A stretch of 64,000 nt of DNA from Promethearchaeota archaeon (lineage in GTDB: Archaea > Asgardarchaeota > Lokiarchaeia > Sigyniarchaeales > SOKP01). Location of the stretch: contig JBHLLT010000011.1 of the NCBI GenBank assembly GCA_048938855.1, positions 32,001 to 96,000 on the forward strand, written 5' to 3'. This document shows positions 8,684 to 18,526 of the stretch, in pieces. How positions within the stretch are numbered: position 1 is the stretch's first letter; each line of letters begins with the position of its first letter. The position numbers and the translations under genes are program-made. Under the pieces are notes generated by a model, which made no database searches, was not told where the DNA came from, and saw only the letters and a list, made by a program, of their open reading frames with translations.

Positions 8684-10986
8684 AATTCCTTCACCCATTC
8701 TCTATAAACTTCTTTAAAATTATCTGATAATTCAAATCGAGCATTATTATGCCAAAATTTAAAATCTAATACATGAAATAAATCTCCGTTAAATAAATCT
8801 CTCTCTTCATTCGTTAGAGTGTGTTTTAGAATAACAGTTAAAGGTCGTGGCACTAATTTTGAAAAATATTTGAGTTCTGTATTTTTTATATAATCATAAA
8901 ATGTTTCCTTGCCATCAAAGTTGAAGAAATTAAAAGGAATAAGATTTTCTTCTTGATGATTGAGATTATTCAACTCATTTTTAATACTATTTCTGACATA
9001 TTTAGGAAATTCAGTATTAATACCAATACTAGATTCATAATTTTTATAAAATTCAAACAATAGATTTTTTTCTTCAGGATTGGTTAACTTAGCGATATAT
9101 GTATCTAAAAATGTAAGGAAATTCTCGATATTTTGTTCGTTTCCTGCTCGCTCTTCAAAATACCCTATAAAATCATTGTATACTTCATCTAATGTCCAAA
9201 TTCTTTGCGCTTCTGGCCTTAAATATTTCTTAGAATAATCTATAATCCAATCTAAGACATAAAACTTCCATTCTAAGTTTATTCCTCCTATTCTTTTTTC
9301 TAGAAACCTATGAAATCTATTTGCAAAGCTGACAGGGTCACTTATTTCTTTATCAGGCTCATCTTTGATATAACGATTTATTGTAGAATATCTTAACACA
9401 TAACTTAATAGAAAATTTAATTCTGTTGAATATTTTTTAAACTTTTCAATATGATTTTTTATAATATTTATTTTAGATTCCATTTGAATCTCAGTAAATG
9501 ATATTAAATCTTCTATTTTTAATTCAATTTCATTAAAAAATACATCAATACTATTATCAACCAAAGATTTAAACTCTTGTATTAGTTCTCTTTCATTAAA
9601 TTTTATTTCTTTCTTAAAAAAAGATGGATGTGTTTCAATATGATTAAAGAGTAATAATTTAAATTTATCTACCAATTTTAATCCTATTATTTTAGCAGGT
9701 TTTTGTTCTTGGTTAAATTTTTCATAGGTTTTATCTGTTAATTTATTAGTTAAAGCTTTTAATCGACGATATGCAAGAAATTTCGGAAGTGATAATACAA
9801 CTATATTTTTTCCTTTATTAACCAACTCTGAGAAATAGCTTAAAACTGAATTTAATTCAATTATTCTCAGATTTTTTTTTTGGGTCATCGATTGATTTAT
9901 ATATTTTTTAGCCATTTCCCAGATTGGAGAGAAATCCACACTTTCTAATTTCCCTTTGTTTAATAGAAAATATTCAAATTTGTTTAATAATATATCAAGA
10001 TCCCCAATTTCGCCGGAACTAAGGAAGTTTTTAGAATACTCCAAAAATTTATTTATATAACTTTGTAGATCAATTAGTTTTGAATTTACAGTAGAAATTA
10101 ACCATTCCGCATTATGAGGATCATGATATTTTTTAATTTCTTGTGTGATGTAATCTACAATAAAAATAACGATCTCATCAAGAGATTCATCTATAGTCCC
10201 TGTATTTGCTAAATTGATAAGATTTGTTCCCAAATTTAAGGTTTTATCAACAATAAAATTCGCACTAGGCTCTGATATTGAGAATTTAAGATGTTCAATA
10301 GCTTGTTGGCCATCATAAGAGGTCTTGATTTTTTGGAATTTTGAATTTAACAAATTAATCTCCATAGGCTTTTTATACCATGAAATCTCAACATTAGAGA
10401 TAACTCTAGCATATGTATTCAGCATTTCTTGTTCTGTTGGTAGAGTTTTGCTTATTCCTATTAGTTTTTTATTCCATTTTTCTTCAACTATTTCACCATA
10501 AAGCTTTTGATTAAATCTCGAAGCAAATTTACGATATAACTGTTGTTTATTATGTTTATTTAATTCTGGACGATCTGAAAACTCTTCCACCTCAAAAAAA
10601 AGTCTACTTATATTGTTCAGTGATTCTCTTGATTTATGTATATTTAAAACGCCTGTTTCAGGTTTTAAAGCAAGTAACAAGCTTTCACAATCTTTATATT
10701 TACCAGGTATGAAAACCATTGATTGTGGATAAATATTAACTTGAGCACTCTTTTCATCAATGTTAAACAAATCAAATTCAATGCTGAAAACCTCTGCTCC
10801 GGAATAATCTCGTAATACTGCGTTATACATTGTTAAGTATTTTATAACCTCTTGGGAAAGCTCACTCACTTTTTCAGCTGTAAGTCGACCAGGTCCAATT
10901 ACATCTCCCACAATAACCTCATTTGGTGAGGAATAGCCAAATATTAAAGAATACTGATAATTAATAAATTCTCGCGTTGTTATCAT
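8680..10986 (-). CDS. large helical hypothetical protein
   Basis: 768-aa ORF, coupled to the next gene by an ATGA overlap. Confidence 0.7.
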   Translation of the reverse strand: MITTREFINYQYSLIFGYSSPNEVIVGDVIGPGRLTAEKVSELSQEVIKYLTMYNAVLRDYSGAEVFSIEFDLFNIDEKSAQVNIYPQSMVFIPGKYKDCESLLLALKPETGVLNIHKSRESLNNISRLFFEVEEFSDRPELNKHNKQQLYRKFASRFNQKLYGEIVEEKWNKKLIGISKTLPTEQEMLNTYARVISNVEISWYKKPMEINLLNSKFQKIKTSYDGQQAIEHLKFSISEPSANFIVDKTLNLGTNLINLANTGTIDESLDEIVIFIVDYITQEIKKYHDPHNAEWLISTVNSKLIDLQSYINKFLEYSKNFLSSGEIGDLDILLNKFEYFLLNKGKLESVDFSPIWEMAKKYINQSMTQKKNLRIIELNSVLSYFSELVNKGKNIVVLSLPKFLAYRRLKALTNKLTDKTYEKFNQEQKPAKIIGLKLVDKFKLLLFNHIETHPSFFKKEIKFNERELIQEFKSLVDNSIDVFFNEIELKIEDLISFTEIQMESKINIIKNHIEKFKKYSTELNFLLSYVLRYSTINRYIKDEPDKEISDPVSFANRFHRFLEKRIGGINLEWKFYVLDWIIDYSKKYLRPEAQRIWTLDEVYNDFIGYFEERAGNEQNIENFLTFLDTYIAKLTNPEEKNLLFEFYKNYESSIGINTEFPKYVRNSIKNELNNLNHQEENLIPFNFFNFDGKETFYDYIKNTELKYFSKLVPRPLTVILKHTLTNEERDLFNGDLFHVLDFKFWHNNARFELSDNFKEVYREWVKEL

Positions 10987-11348
10987 AATTTAAATTCAAA
11001 TTTGTTTCATAATTCTTAAATTCATAAATTTAAAATATAAAAAACTTAAAACTAAACCTCGAAACTAAATTTAATGGCTTTTTAAATATTTTAAGTTTTA
11101 TAAGTTTTAAAATTTATTTTTGAATACTAAATAAAGTATAGATTTAAAAATTTTAATGAAGAAATAAGAGAAATTGGTACTTCGGTAAGTAAAAAGTCAA
11201 ATTTTACCATACTTAAAATTTTAGATTTGGGTTATTTGGATCGTATTAAAAACCTATCCAAATTTCGAAAATAAAAATATAATAAGACAAAAATTATTAT
11301 AATTATAATAATCATTATAATATCTAAAAGCAAGAAAGGTGGAGAGAT

Positions 11349-11753
11349 ATTCAATTCGGGTCTGACTTGGGAATAAATCAAGATGATATTGAAAAAATTA
11401 GTCCTCAAATTACTTTTATAACATCGAACGCAGATATTGAGGCGATTGCACTTGTATCTCAAGAAGGGTACCAAATAGCATTTAGTGCATTACCACATTA
11501 TCATGTTGATGGAGATCAATTTTGCGGACTCTCAAGTGCATTACTAATGACGGGAAGATCAACAATTCAAACATTATTTCAAGAAGATCTAAGTGAGATT
11601 ATTGTTCGAGCTCAAGATGGATATATTGTAATTACCAATGCAGGGAGATTAGTCATTGTGTGTGCTGGTACTATTATTGATACACTAATGAAGACTGTAA
11701 AGGTTATGAGAATTGCTGCTAAAAATCTTTATAAAATTTTTGAAGATCGTTAG
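11349..11753 (+). CDS. roadblock/LC7 (MglB/LAMTOR-like) domain protein
   Basis: IALVSQEG...LSEIIVRAQDGYIVITNAG roadblock pattern; start is either ATT 11349 (after SD AGGTGGAG) or TTG 11367. Confidence 0.85.
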   Translation: MQFGSDLGINQDDIEKISPQITFITSNADIEAIALVSQEGYQIAFSALPHYHVDGDQFCGLSSALLMTGRSTIQTLFQEDLSEIIVRAQDGYIVITNAGRLVIVCAGTIIDTLMKTVKVMRIAAKNLYKIFEDR

Positions 11754-11872
11754 CTTAAATTATCTTTTTTACTAATTTTAAATATTATAACAATTTGTAC
11801 CCTAAATCAATAGGTTTTTAAATAACTTACTATATTTAAAACAGAATAATAAGTCATTAATTATTTTTATTC

Positions 11873-11920
11873 ATGTCGATTCTAAGAAATATAGCGTGGC
11901 AGTGGCTTTATTGGCATTAA
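11873..11920 (+). CDS. putative Trp leader peptide MSILRNIAWQWLYWH (trpL-like)
   Basis: ATG 11873 to TAA 11920; three TGG codons in the last seven sense codons; ~150 nt upstream of trpB2. Confidence 0.75.
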   Translation: MSILRNIAWQWLYWH

Positions 11921-11972
11921 AGCCAATTGCATTTGATATTTCTTAATCTTATTTTTTCATTTTAATATTTTT
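11878..11972 (+). promoter_or_regulatory. attenuator-like hairpin plus T-tract in the trpB2 leader
   Basis: TAAGAAATAT (11883-92) pairs with ATATTTCTTA (11936-45); GCAG-TGGCTTTA (11899-910) pairs with TAAAGCCA-A-TTGC (11918-30); followed by TTATTTTTTCATTTT. Confidence 0.65.
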
Positions 11973-12071
11973 ACTTCAGAATATTAAAAACTCTTCCTAA
12001 ATGCGCGTTAATTATTTTGATTTCCAATTTATTAATGACACACATCTTAAGGTGTGAAAAAACGAATATAA

Positions 12072-13487
12072 TTGGTAACTAAAATGATAGATTACTTTAA
12101 AGGAAGAATTATATTACAGCCAAATGAAATTCCAAAAGATTGGGTAAATATATTACCGACATTACCCTCTCCTATGACGCCCTTAATTAATCCGATGGAT
12201 GGGAGACCTGCACCCCCAGAAATGGCATTTGCTATATTCCCAAAAGAGTGTGTTAAGCAAGAGTTCTCTCTAGAACCTACAATCCCCATTCCAAAAGAAT
12301 TAAGGGAAATTTTTGCAAATTCATATAGACCCAGCCCTCTACATCGGGCATTAGGTTTAGAAAAAGAGTTAGGAATAGAAGGAGAGAAAATCAAAATTTT
12401 TTATAAAAATGAATCAACATCTCCTACTGGCTCTCATAAGCCCAATACTGCCATAACACAAGCATATTATGCTAAAAAAGAGGGACTAAGTGAATTGGTT
12501 ACTGAAACAGGTGCAGGACAGTGGGGATCTGCTTTAGCTTATGGATGTTCCCTTTTTGGCCTTAAATGCACAGTATATATGGTGAGAGCAAGTTATTTCC
12601 AAAAGCCAGGGAGAAAAATTATGATGAGATGTTTTAATGCTAAAGTACATCCAAGTCCTTCAAAATTAACAGAATCTGGGAAAAAATTCCTAAATAAGGA
12701 TCAAGAACACCCCGGTAGTTTAGGAATCGCCATATCTGAAGCAATAGAACATAGTATGAGAAGTGATAAAATTAAATATTCTCTTGGAAGTGTAGTCAAT
12801 TTTGTTCTTCTACACCAGACTATTATTGGACAAGAAGTGAAAATACAATTAGCAAAAGTAGGTATTCAACATCCTGATGTAATAATAGGCTGCATGGGTG
12901 GAGGTTCCAACTTTGCAGGTCTAATGCTACCATTTGCAAAAGATAAACTAGAAGGTCAGAGTCAAGATATGGAAATAATAGGCGTTGAACCTCGGGCATG
13001 TCCCAGTGTATGCAAAGGAGAGTATAGATGGGATTTTGGGGACTCTTCAATGAAAGGGCCAATATTAAAGATGTACACATTAGGTCATAATTTCATCCCT
13101 AGCCCAATTCATGCAGGGGGATTGAGATATCATGGAATGGCTCCGATAATTTCCATATTAAATAATCACGAGATTATAAAAACTACAATGCATCATCAAA
13201 CTGAAGTAATTGACGCAGGTATTCAATTTGCTAAAGCAGAAGGTATAATTCCAGCTCCAGAAAGTGCTCATGCTATAAAAGAAACAATTGATCAAGCTCT
13301 CAAAGCTAAAGACAACAATGAAAAAAAAGTTATTTTGTTCAATCTTAGTGGTCATGGTTTCTTTGATCTGTTAGCTTACGAAAAATATATGAATGGAGAA
13401 TTAGTGGATTATGAATTGCCTACAAGTCAAATTCAAAATTCACTCAAATCAGAAGAAATGCCAAAGATTGATGAATCTCAATTTTAA
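12072..13487 (+). CDS. trpB2: tryptophan synthase beta chain 2 (TrpB-like PLP enzyme)
   Basis: SPTGSHKPNTA PLP-lysine motif, ETGAGQWG, GGGSN, HAGGLRYHG, NLSGHG; ATG 12084 is an alternative start. Confidence 0.95.
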   Translation: MVTKMIDYFKGRIILQPNEIPKDWVNILPTLPSPMTPLINPMDGRPAPPEMAFAIFPKECVKQEFSLEPTIPIPKELREIFANSYRPSPLHRALGLEKELGIEGEKIKIFYKNESTSPTGSHKPNTAITQAYYAKKEGLSELVTETGAGQWGSALAYGCSLFGLKCTVYMVRASYFQKPGRKIMMRCFNAKVHPSPSKLTESGKKFLNKDQEHPGSLGIAISEAIEHSMRSDKIKYSLGSVVNFVLLHQTIIGQEVKIQLAKVGIQHPDVIIGCMGGGSNFAGLMLPFAKDKLEGQSQDMEIIGVEPRACPSVCKGEYRWDFGDSSMKGPILKMYTLGHNFIPSPIHAGGLRYHGMAPIISILNNHEIIKTTMHHQTEVIDAGIQFAKAEGIIPAPESAHAIKETIDQALKAKDNNEKKVILFNLSGHGFFDLLAYEKYMNGELVDYELPTSQIQNSLKSEEMPKIDESQF

Positions 13488-13584
13488 ATCAATTTTTTTT
13501 TTTAAAAAAAAACCATTATTAATTCAAGAAAATCTTAAAATTGAAGGATCTTTTAAATATTAAAATTGATGAATTTGATTCTTC

Positions 13585-14613
13585 TTGAATGTTATTTCCA
13601 TAATAATTATATGTTTCTTATACCTGTACGGGTTAATAATTTTTTATATAACTTATTTAGCAAAAAAAAAGAACGAAAAAGGAGCTTTTATAAATAACTT
13701 AACAAACGGATTAATTTTCATATCTTCAATTTCGATTAATTTAATTATCTCTAATTTATATGACTTCCCAATTAGAGAGTTTATTGATTTTCCCTTAAAT
13801 ATTTTAATGATTATTTTAATTATATTTTTTCTACCATTATTTTACATCTTCATAACTCGAGAGAAACACAGAATTAAAAAAAGTAAAAAAAATATTAATA
13901 AACTCGAGCTTCAATCTTCTACAGAACTTCCTCTTAAATATGATATATATAGAAAATTAACACATTTTGTTGTATTAGGAATTATTTTCTTTTATTTCAG
14001 TCTAGGTCTTTTATTACAAAACCTTTTCATTAGTATGGGCTGGGATATAATGATCTTTTCACAAAATTTAGTAGTCTTCTTGGTTATGATTTCTTTAATA
14101 GGTTTACTAACCGCGGATTTTGTGAGAATATTACAACCAGAGTTTTATCCATTAAAACCAGTCAATCAACTATTAAGGGAAAAGGAACTTCATATGAGGT
14201 TAGGACCTCATATTTCCATGAGTATTGGATGTTTTTCCATAATTTTACTTTACGGTATAATTCAACCAATTGGACCAGTGATAATCTGTACTTCAATGGC
14301 AATGTCTATTTTTGGAGATGCCACAGCAAATTTAGTAGGGAGGACAATTGGTCAAAAAAATATTAGAAACACTAAAAAAACATATGTAGGATTAATTGGA
14401 GGTATGATTGCAGCTTTTCTCTCTGGAATAATTGTATTATTTATATTAAGAAATTATTATAGATTTACTATTCCAGGGTTACTACTGATTCCCTTAATCG
14501 GAATGATGATCATTGGAATAATTGATTATTTGGATTTAGAGATTGATGATAATTTAACATTTAATTTTGGTGTTTCAACAATATTATTTTTTTGTTCATT
14601 TTTAATATTATAA
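13585..14613 (+). CDS. CTP-dependent polyprenol/diacylglycerol kinase family membrane protein (dolichol/phytol kinase-like)
   Basis: RKLTH, GDATANLVGRTIG...KT..G and DDNL motifs; multiple TM segments. Confidence 0.75.
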   Translation: MNVISIIIICFLYLYGLIIFYITYLAKKKNEKGAFINNLTNGLIFISSISINLIISNLYDFPIREFIDFPLNILMIILIIFFLPLFYIFITREKHRIKKSKKNINKLELQSSTELPLKYDIYRKLTHFVVLGIIFFYFSLGLLLQNLFISMGWDIMIFSQNLVVFLVMISLIGLLTADFVRILQPEFYPLKPVNQLLREKELHMRLGPHISMSIGCFSIILLYGIIQPIGPVIICTSMAMSIFGDATANLVGRTIGQKNIRNTKKTYVGLIGGMIAAFLSGIIVLFILRNYYRFTIPGLLLIPLIGMMIIGIIDYLDLEIDDNLTFNFGVSTILFFCSFLIL

Positions 14614-14653
14614 TTAGGTATCAAAAATTTTTTCAATCATAATTATTTTTTTT

Positions 14654-15166
14654 ATGAAAATGTTGGAAGAAAAATTAAAAATTGATAAAATATCTAAAGG
14701 AACTGTTATTGATCATATAGATGCAGGATATGCAATAACAATTCTTAATCTTACTGGTATTGATGAATCAAAAAATTTAATGACAATTGGTGTAAATGTC
14801 TTATCAAAAAAATTCAAGACAAAGGATATTATTAAAATCGAGAATGTTTTTCTGAATGAAACTCAAATGCAACAAATATCTATACTGTCACCTAATGCTA
14901 CAATTTCCCTAATTGAAAATTATAAAGTAATGGAAAAGAAAAAGGTGGAGCTTCCTAAGATCATTAAAAAATTGATATTATGTGTTAATCAAACCTGTAT
15001 AAGTAATTCGGAAAAAGAGCCTATTGACACGGAATTTCTAGTATTAGAAGAAAAACCCCTGAAAATTCAATGCGTTTATTGCGAACGTATATATAAATTA
15101 GAAGAAATTGTTTTCACTTCGAAAGAAAAAAAAGAAATGAAGGTAAAACAAAGAATTCAACTTTAA
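14654..15166 (+). CDS. pyrI: aspartate carbamoyltransferase regulatory chain
   Basis: GTVIDHI, KDIIKIE and Zn ligands CxNxxCISN / CxYCE. Confidence 0.95.
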   Translation: MKMLEEKLKIDKISKGTVIDHIDAGYAITILNLTGIDESKNLMTIGVNVLSKKFKTKDIIKIENVFLNETQMQQISILSPNATISLIENYKVMEKKKVELPKIIKKLILCVNQTCISNSEKEPIDTEFLVLEEKPLKIQCVYCERIYKLEEIVFTSKEKKEMKVKQRIQL

Positions 15167-15182
15167 AATAACATTGATACAT

Positions 15183-15623
15183 TTATAAAAAGAGTTCAAG
15201 AATTGATGAGAAATTAGGAATAAAATTTAGTAAAGTATGAAGAAAAACACCAACAAGCATAAATAAGAGAAAGAATATGCCAATTCCTGGCAGTATAATA
15301 TTTTTCCAATGCCATTCTTCTTTATCATATTCATATTTTAAAATATTGAAACTAACCACAAAGGGAAATAGAAACCACCATAATAACATCCACATTAACA
15401 TAAACCAACCTATCAATCCAAAGATCAAACGACCTACTAAAGCACTTAATGCTCCCGTAACTGCCCGAATCCAATATAATTTTGTTTCCCTTTCCATACG
15501 AAGATCAAATGATTTTAAAGGCCTTTTTTCGACTTGAGATAATTGTTTTTTTTGTTCTTTTTTCTTCTGGTGTAAAAGCCTTTTTCTTCTTTTTTTAATA
15601 TCTATCTTCTTGCGTCTTCGCAT
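15183..15623 (-). CDS. EMC6/Rab5ip-like 3-TM membrane protein
   Basis: LYWIRAVTGALSALVGRLIFGLIG...GIGIFFLLFMLVGVFLHTLL follows the EMC6 TM pattern; basic N-terminus. Confidence 0.55.
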   Translation of the reverse strand: MRRRKKIDIKKRRKRLLHQKKKEQKKQLSQVEKRPLKSFDLRMERETKLYWIRAVTGALSALVGRLIFGLIGWFMLMWMLLWWFLFPFVVSFNILKYEYDKEEWHWKNIILPGIGIFFLLFMLVGVFLHTLLNFIPNFSSILELFL

Positions 15624-15695
15624 AATTATTATTATAAATATTAATTATTATAAAAATCATTATATAATATTGATAAACTAGAATTTAAACCTAAT

Positions 15696-17750
15696 ATGAT
15701 TAAACCATCAACAGAATTTACTAATTTTGACGTTTTTGCCATCGTAAAAGAATTAGATTTATTATTGTCTAATGGTGCAATTTTAAATATATATGAAGTA
15801 GAGGATATATTGATATTAAAAATCAATACTAATTTTGGAAAGAAAAATTTACTTATCAAAAAGGATTCAAGGATTAATTTAACCGAATATGATTATCCTA
15901 TCCCTAAATACCCTAGCCAATATATAATCTCTCTCCGAAAGTTATTAAAAAATCGGAAAATCTTAAAAATTAGTCAACACCAATTTGATAGAATTGTTAT
16001 AATTGAATTAAGTGATATTTCAGCTCAACCCTGGAAATTTGTAATAGAACTTTTCAACAAGGGAAATTTCCTTCTATTAGATGAAAAGAATAATATAAAA
16101 GTTGCTAAGAAATATAGAAAGTTCCGGGATAGAGAAATTCTACCAAATAAAGAATATATTTTTCCTCGTTCTCTTGAAGCAGATTTTTTAACTTTAAATA
16201 ATGATGAATTTAGGACATATTTTTTTAATTCTGATGTAGAGATTGTTAGAGATCTATCAAGAAAAATTCATATCTCTGGATTATATAGTGAAGAAATATG
16301 TCATAGAGCTAATATTGATAAAATTATTTTGGGAAAAAATCTAACAGATGATCAGTACAATAATTTATATTCTGCATTTAAGAAGTTAAGAAATCAATTA
16401 TTATTCGGTGAGACAAATGCTATTATTGTTTTTGATAAAGATGAAAATCAAATTTCTGTGCTTCCCTTTGAAATCGATATTCTTAAACAATATAGTAAGG
16501 AACATTATGATACATTTAATGAAGCAGTAGACAAATATTTCTCAAAAATGGATTCTGAAACCTTAAAAAGTCCTAAAGATCAAAAAATTGACAAGCAAAT
16601 TAAAGCTCAAAAAAAAATTTTAAAAAATCAAGAAGATTATCTTGAAGAACTTAAAATTAAAAAAGATAAATATTATAAAATTGGAGAACTAATCTATGCC
16701 AACTTGAGTTCCTTAGAAAAATTAAAAACCGTAGTCATGGATGCAAAAAAAAAAGGGTACTCATGGGAAACTATTAACAACAAACTTAAAGAAGCAAAAT
16801 TGGAAAATTTAGACGGTGCAGAATTCTTTGATAAGATCATACCCTCTACTGGCCAGATTATGATATGCATTAATGGGTACAGTATTAAGCTTGATTTAAA
16901 TAAAAGTATAGGAGAAAATGCTAATAGTATCTACTCTAAAGGGAAGAAAGCCGATCAAAAATTAAAAGGTACAATAATTGCCAGAGAAAAAACCAAAGAA
17001 AAACTTGATAAGTTAATGATTGATCGAGAGTCAATTGAAGCAGAAATTGATTTTTTGATTAAGAAACCAAAGAAGAATTGGTATGAGAAATTTAGATGGT
17101 TTTTTTCATCTGATGAATATTTAATTATAGGAGGTAGAGATGCAACTTCAAATGAGATAATTTTTAGAAAGCATATTGACCAGAATGACTTAGTTTTTCA
17201 CACGAATTTCCCAGGATCTCCATTAGTAATAATTAAAAATCCAAATAACACGCAAATTCCTATAACAACTATTAAAGAGACTAGCGAATTTGTCGCAACC
17301 TATTCAAGAGCATGGAAAGAGGGTTGGGGTGTAGTCGATATATTTTATATTAATCCAGATCAAATTTCTAAAACTCCTCCCTCAGGTGAGTTTTTACCAA
17401 AAGGATCCTTTATAGTTTCAGGTAAAAAGAACTTTATTAAAAATGTTAAAACTGAATTAACGATTGGATTATTATTCATTGAATTAGAGGCAAATTCTAA
17501 AGAACATCAGGAAATACTTTATCCTAAAATTATATCCGGCCCAAAATCTGCAGTAAAGAAACAAACTAATAATTATATAACAATAATCCCAACAAAATCT
17601 GACGGTTTTTCTAAAGGAAAGCTAGCAAAAGAGATACTTTCTACTTTTTATAAAGATATTGAAAAGGAATTGAAAATTTGGTTAAGTCTTTTATCCATAG
17701 ATGAGCTCCTTCTTTATTTACCTAGTGGGATATCTAAAATAAAGACATAA
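15696..17750 (+). CDS. rqcH: ribosome quality control factor RqcH/Rqc2 (NFACT family)
   Basis: FDRIV, ELFNKGN, WYEKFRWF, GGRDA..NE, SKTPPSGEFLPKGSF. Confidence 0.93.
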   Translation: MIKPSTEFTNFDVFAIVKELDLLLSNGAILNIYEVEDILILKINTNFGKKNLLIKKDSRINLTEYDYPIPKYPSQYIISLRKLLKNRKILKISQHQFDRIVIIELSDISAQPWKFVIELFNKGNFLLLDEKNNIKVAKKYRKFRDREILPNKEYIFPRSLEADFLTLNNDEFRTYFFNSDVEIVRDLSRKIHISGLYSEEICHRANIDKIILGKNLTDDQYNNLYSAFKKLRNQLLFGETNAIIVFDKDENQISVLPFEIDILKQYSKEHYDTFNEAVDKYFSKMDSETLKSPKDQKIDKQIKAQKKILKNQEDYLEELKIKKDKYYKIGELIYANLSSLEKLKTVVMDAKKKGYSWETINNKLKEAKLENLDGAEFFDKIIPSTGQIMICINGYSIKLDLNKSIGENANSIYSKGKKADQKLKGTIIAREKTKEKLDKLMIDRESIEAEIDFLIKKPKKNWYEKFRWFFSSDEYLIIGGRDATSNEIIFRKHIDQNDLVFHTNFPGSPLVIIKNPNNTQIPITTIKETSEFVATYSRAWKEGWGVVDIFYINPDQISKTPPSGEFLPKGSFIVSGKKNFIKNVKTELTIGLLFIELEANSKEHQEILYPKIISGPKSAVKKQTNNYITIIPTKSDGFSKGKLAKEILSTFYKDIEKELKIWLSLLSIDELLLYLPSGISKIKT

Positions 17751-17758
17751 ATCCTATT

Positions 17759-18502
17759 TCAATTTTTGCAAAACAGACGTTTAATCGTTTCTATATTTTT
17801 ATAGTTATCGAATAAAATTCCATCAATGCCTAAATCAACTAGAGATTTAATTTTAGATATAGGATTTTTGTATAATATAAAATCCCATGCTAAAGATTTA
17901 ATTTTAAATTCATGACATATCAATATGAATTTCTTAGAAACTAAACTGGATCTTAAACTTATCATATCTGGTTTTATATCTTTCTTTAATAGGCTCTTAA
18001 AATTTAAAAGATCATTTAGAGTGAAACCTAAACCCTTTGTAATATTGTAGCATATTCGACTTTCATTGTAAACTTTCTTTATTGCGATTAATTCCTGTAA
18101 ATTCCTTCCACTAAAAATACAATCATCCAGTAAGCCAAATTTGTTGACAATTTTTATAATTTTATTATATATGTTATCAACTTTCAACTCAATCATAAAT
18201 TTTGTTTTTCCCTTTAAGACTTTTAATACTTCTGATAAGGTAGGGATTTTACTGCCATAATTTTTCGTTCTAATTTCTTTAATTTCATTTAAATGAAGAC
18301 TTTTTAGTAAACCTGAACTTCTTGTCGTTCTATCTAAATTAGGATCATGTAAAATTATCAAATTTCCATCCTTACTCCTTCGAACATCAAATTCAATACA
18401 ATTAGCACCAGAGTCTAATGCTTTTTCAAAAGCAATGATTGTATTTTCATCAAAATCAGTTCTAGTTCCTCGATGTCCTATAAATAGAAATTCTGAGTCC
18501 AT
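17759..18502 (-). CDS. glycerophosphodiester phosphodiesterase
   Basis: GHRG..ENT, IEFDV, HD, IELK, DGILFD. Confidence 0.9.
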   Translation of the reverse strand: MDSEFLFIGHRGTRTDFDENTIIAFEKALDSGANCIEFDVRRSKDGNLIILHDPNLDRTTRSSGLLKSLHLNEIKEIRTKNYGSKIPTLSEVLKVLKGKTKFMIELKVDNIYNKIIKIVNKFGLLDDCIFSGRNLQELIAIKKVYNESRICYNITKGLGFTLNDLLNFKSLLKKDIKPDMISLRSSLVSKKFILICHEFKIKSLAWDFILYKNPISKIKSLVDLGIDGILFDNYKNIETIKRLFCKN

Positions 18503-18526
18503 AGCAGAATTTTAAAAATATCACAT

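Noticed and set aside
11041-11099. Inverted repeat AAAACTTAAAA / TTTTAAGTTTT in the divergent spacer
   Set aside because: Low complexity in a very AT-rich region, so it cannot be distinguished from chance.
11232-11474. 80-aa minus-strand ORF with a poly-Ile stretch
   Set aside because: It overlaps the roadblock gene; the hydrophobic run comes from an AT-rich (ATT/ATA) spacer.
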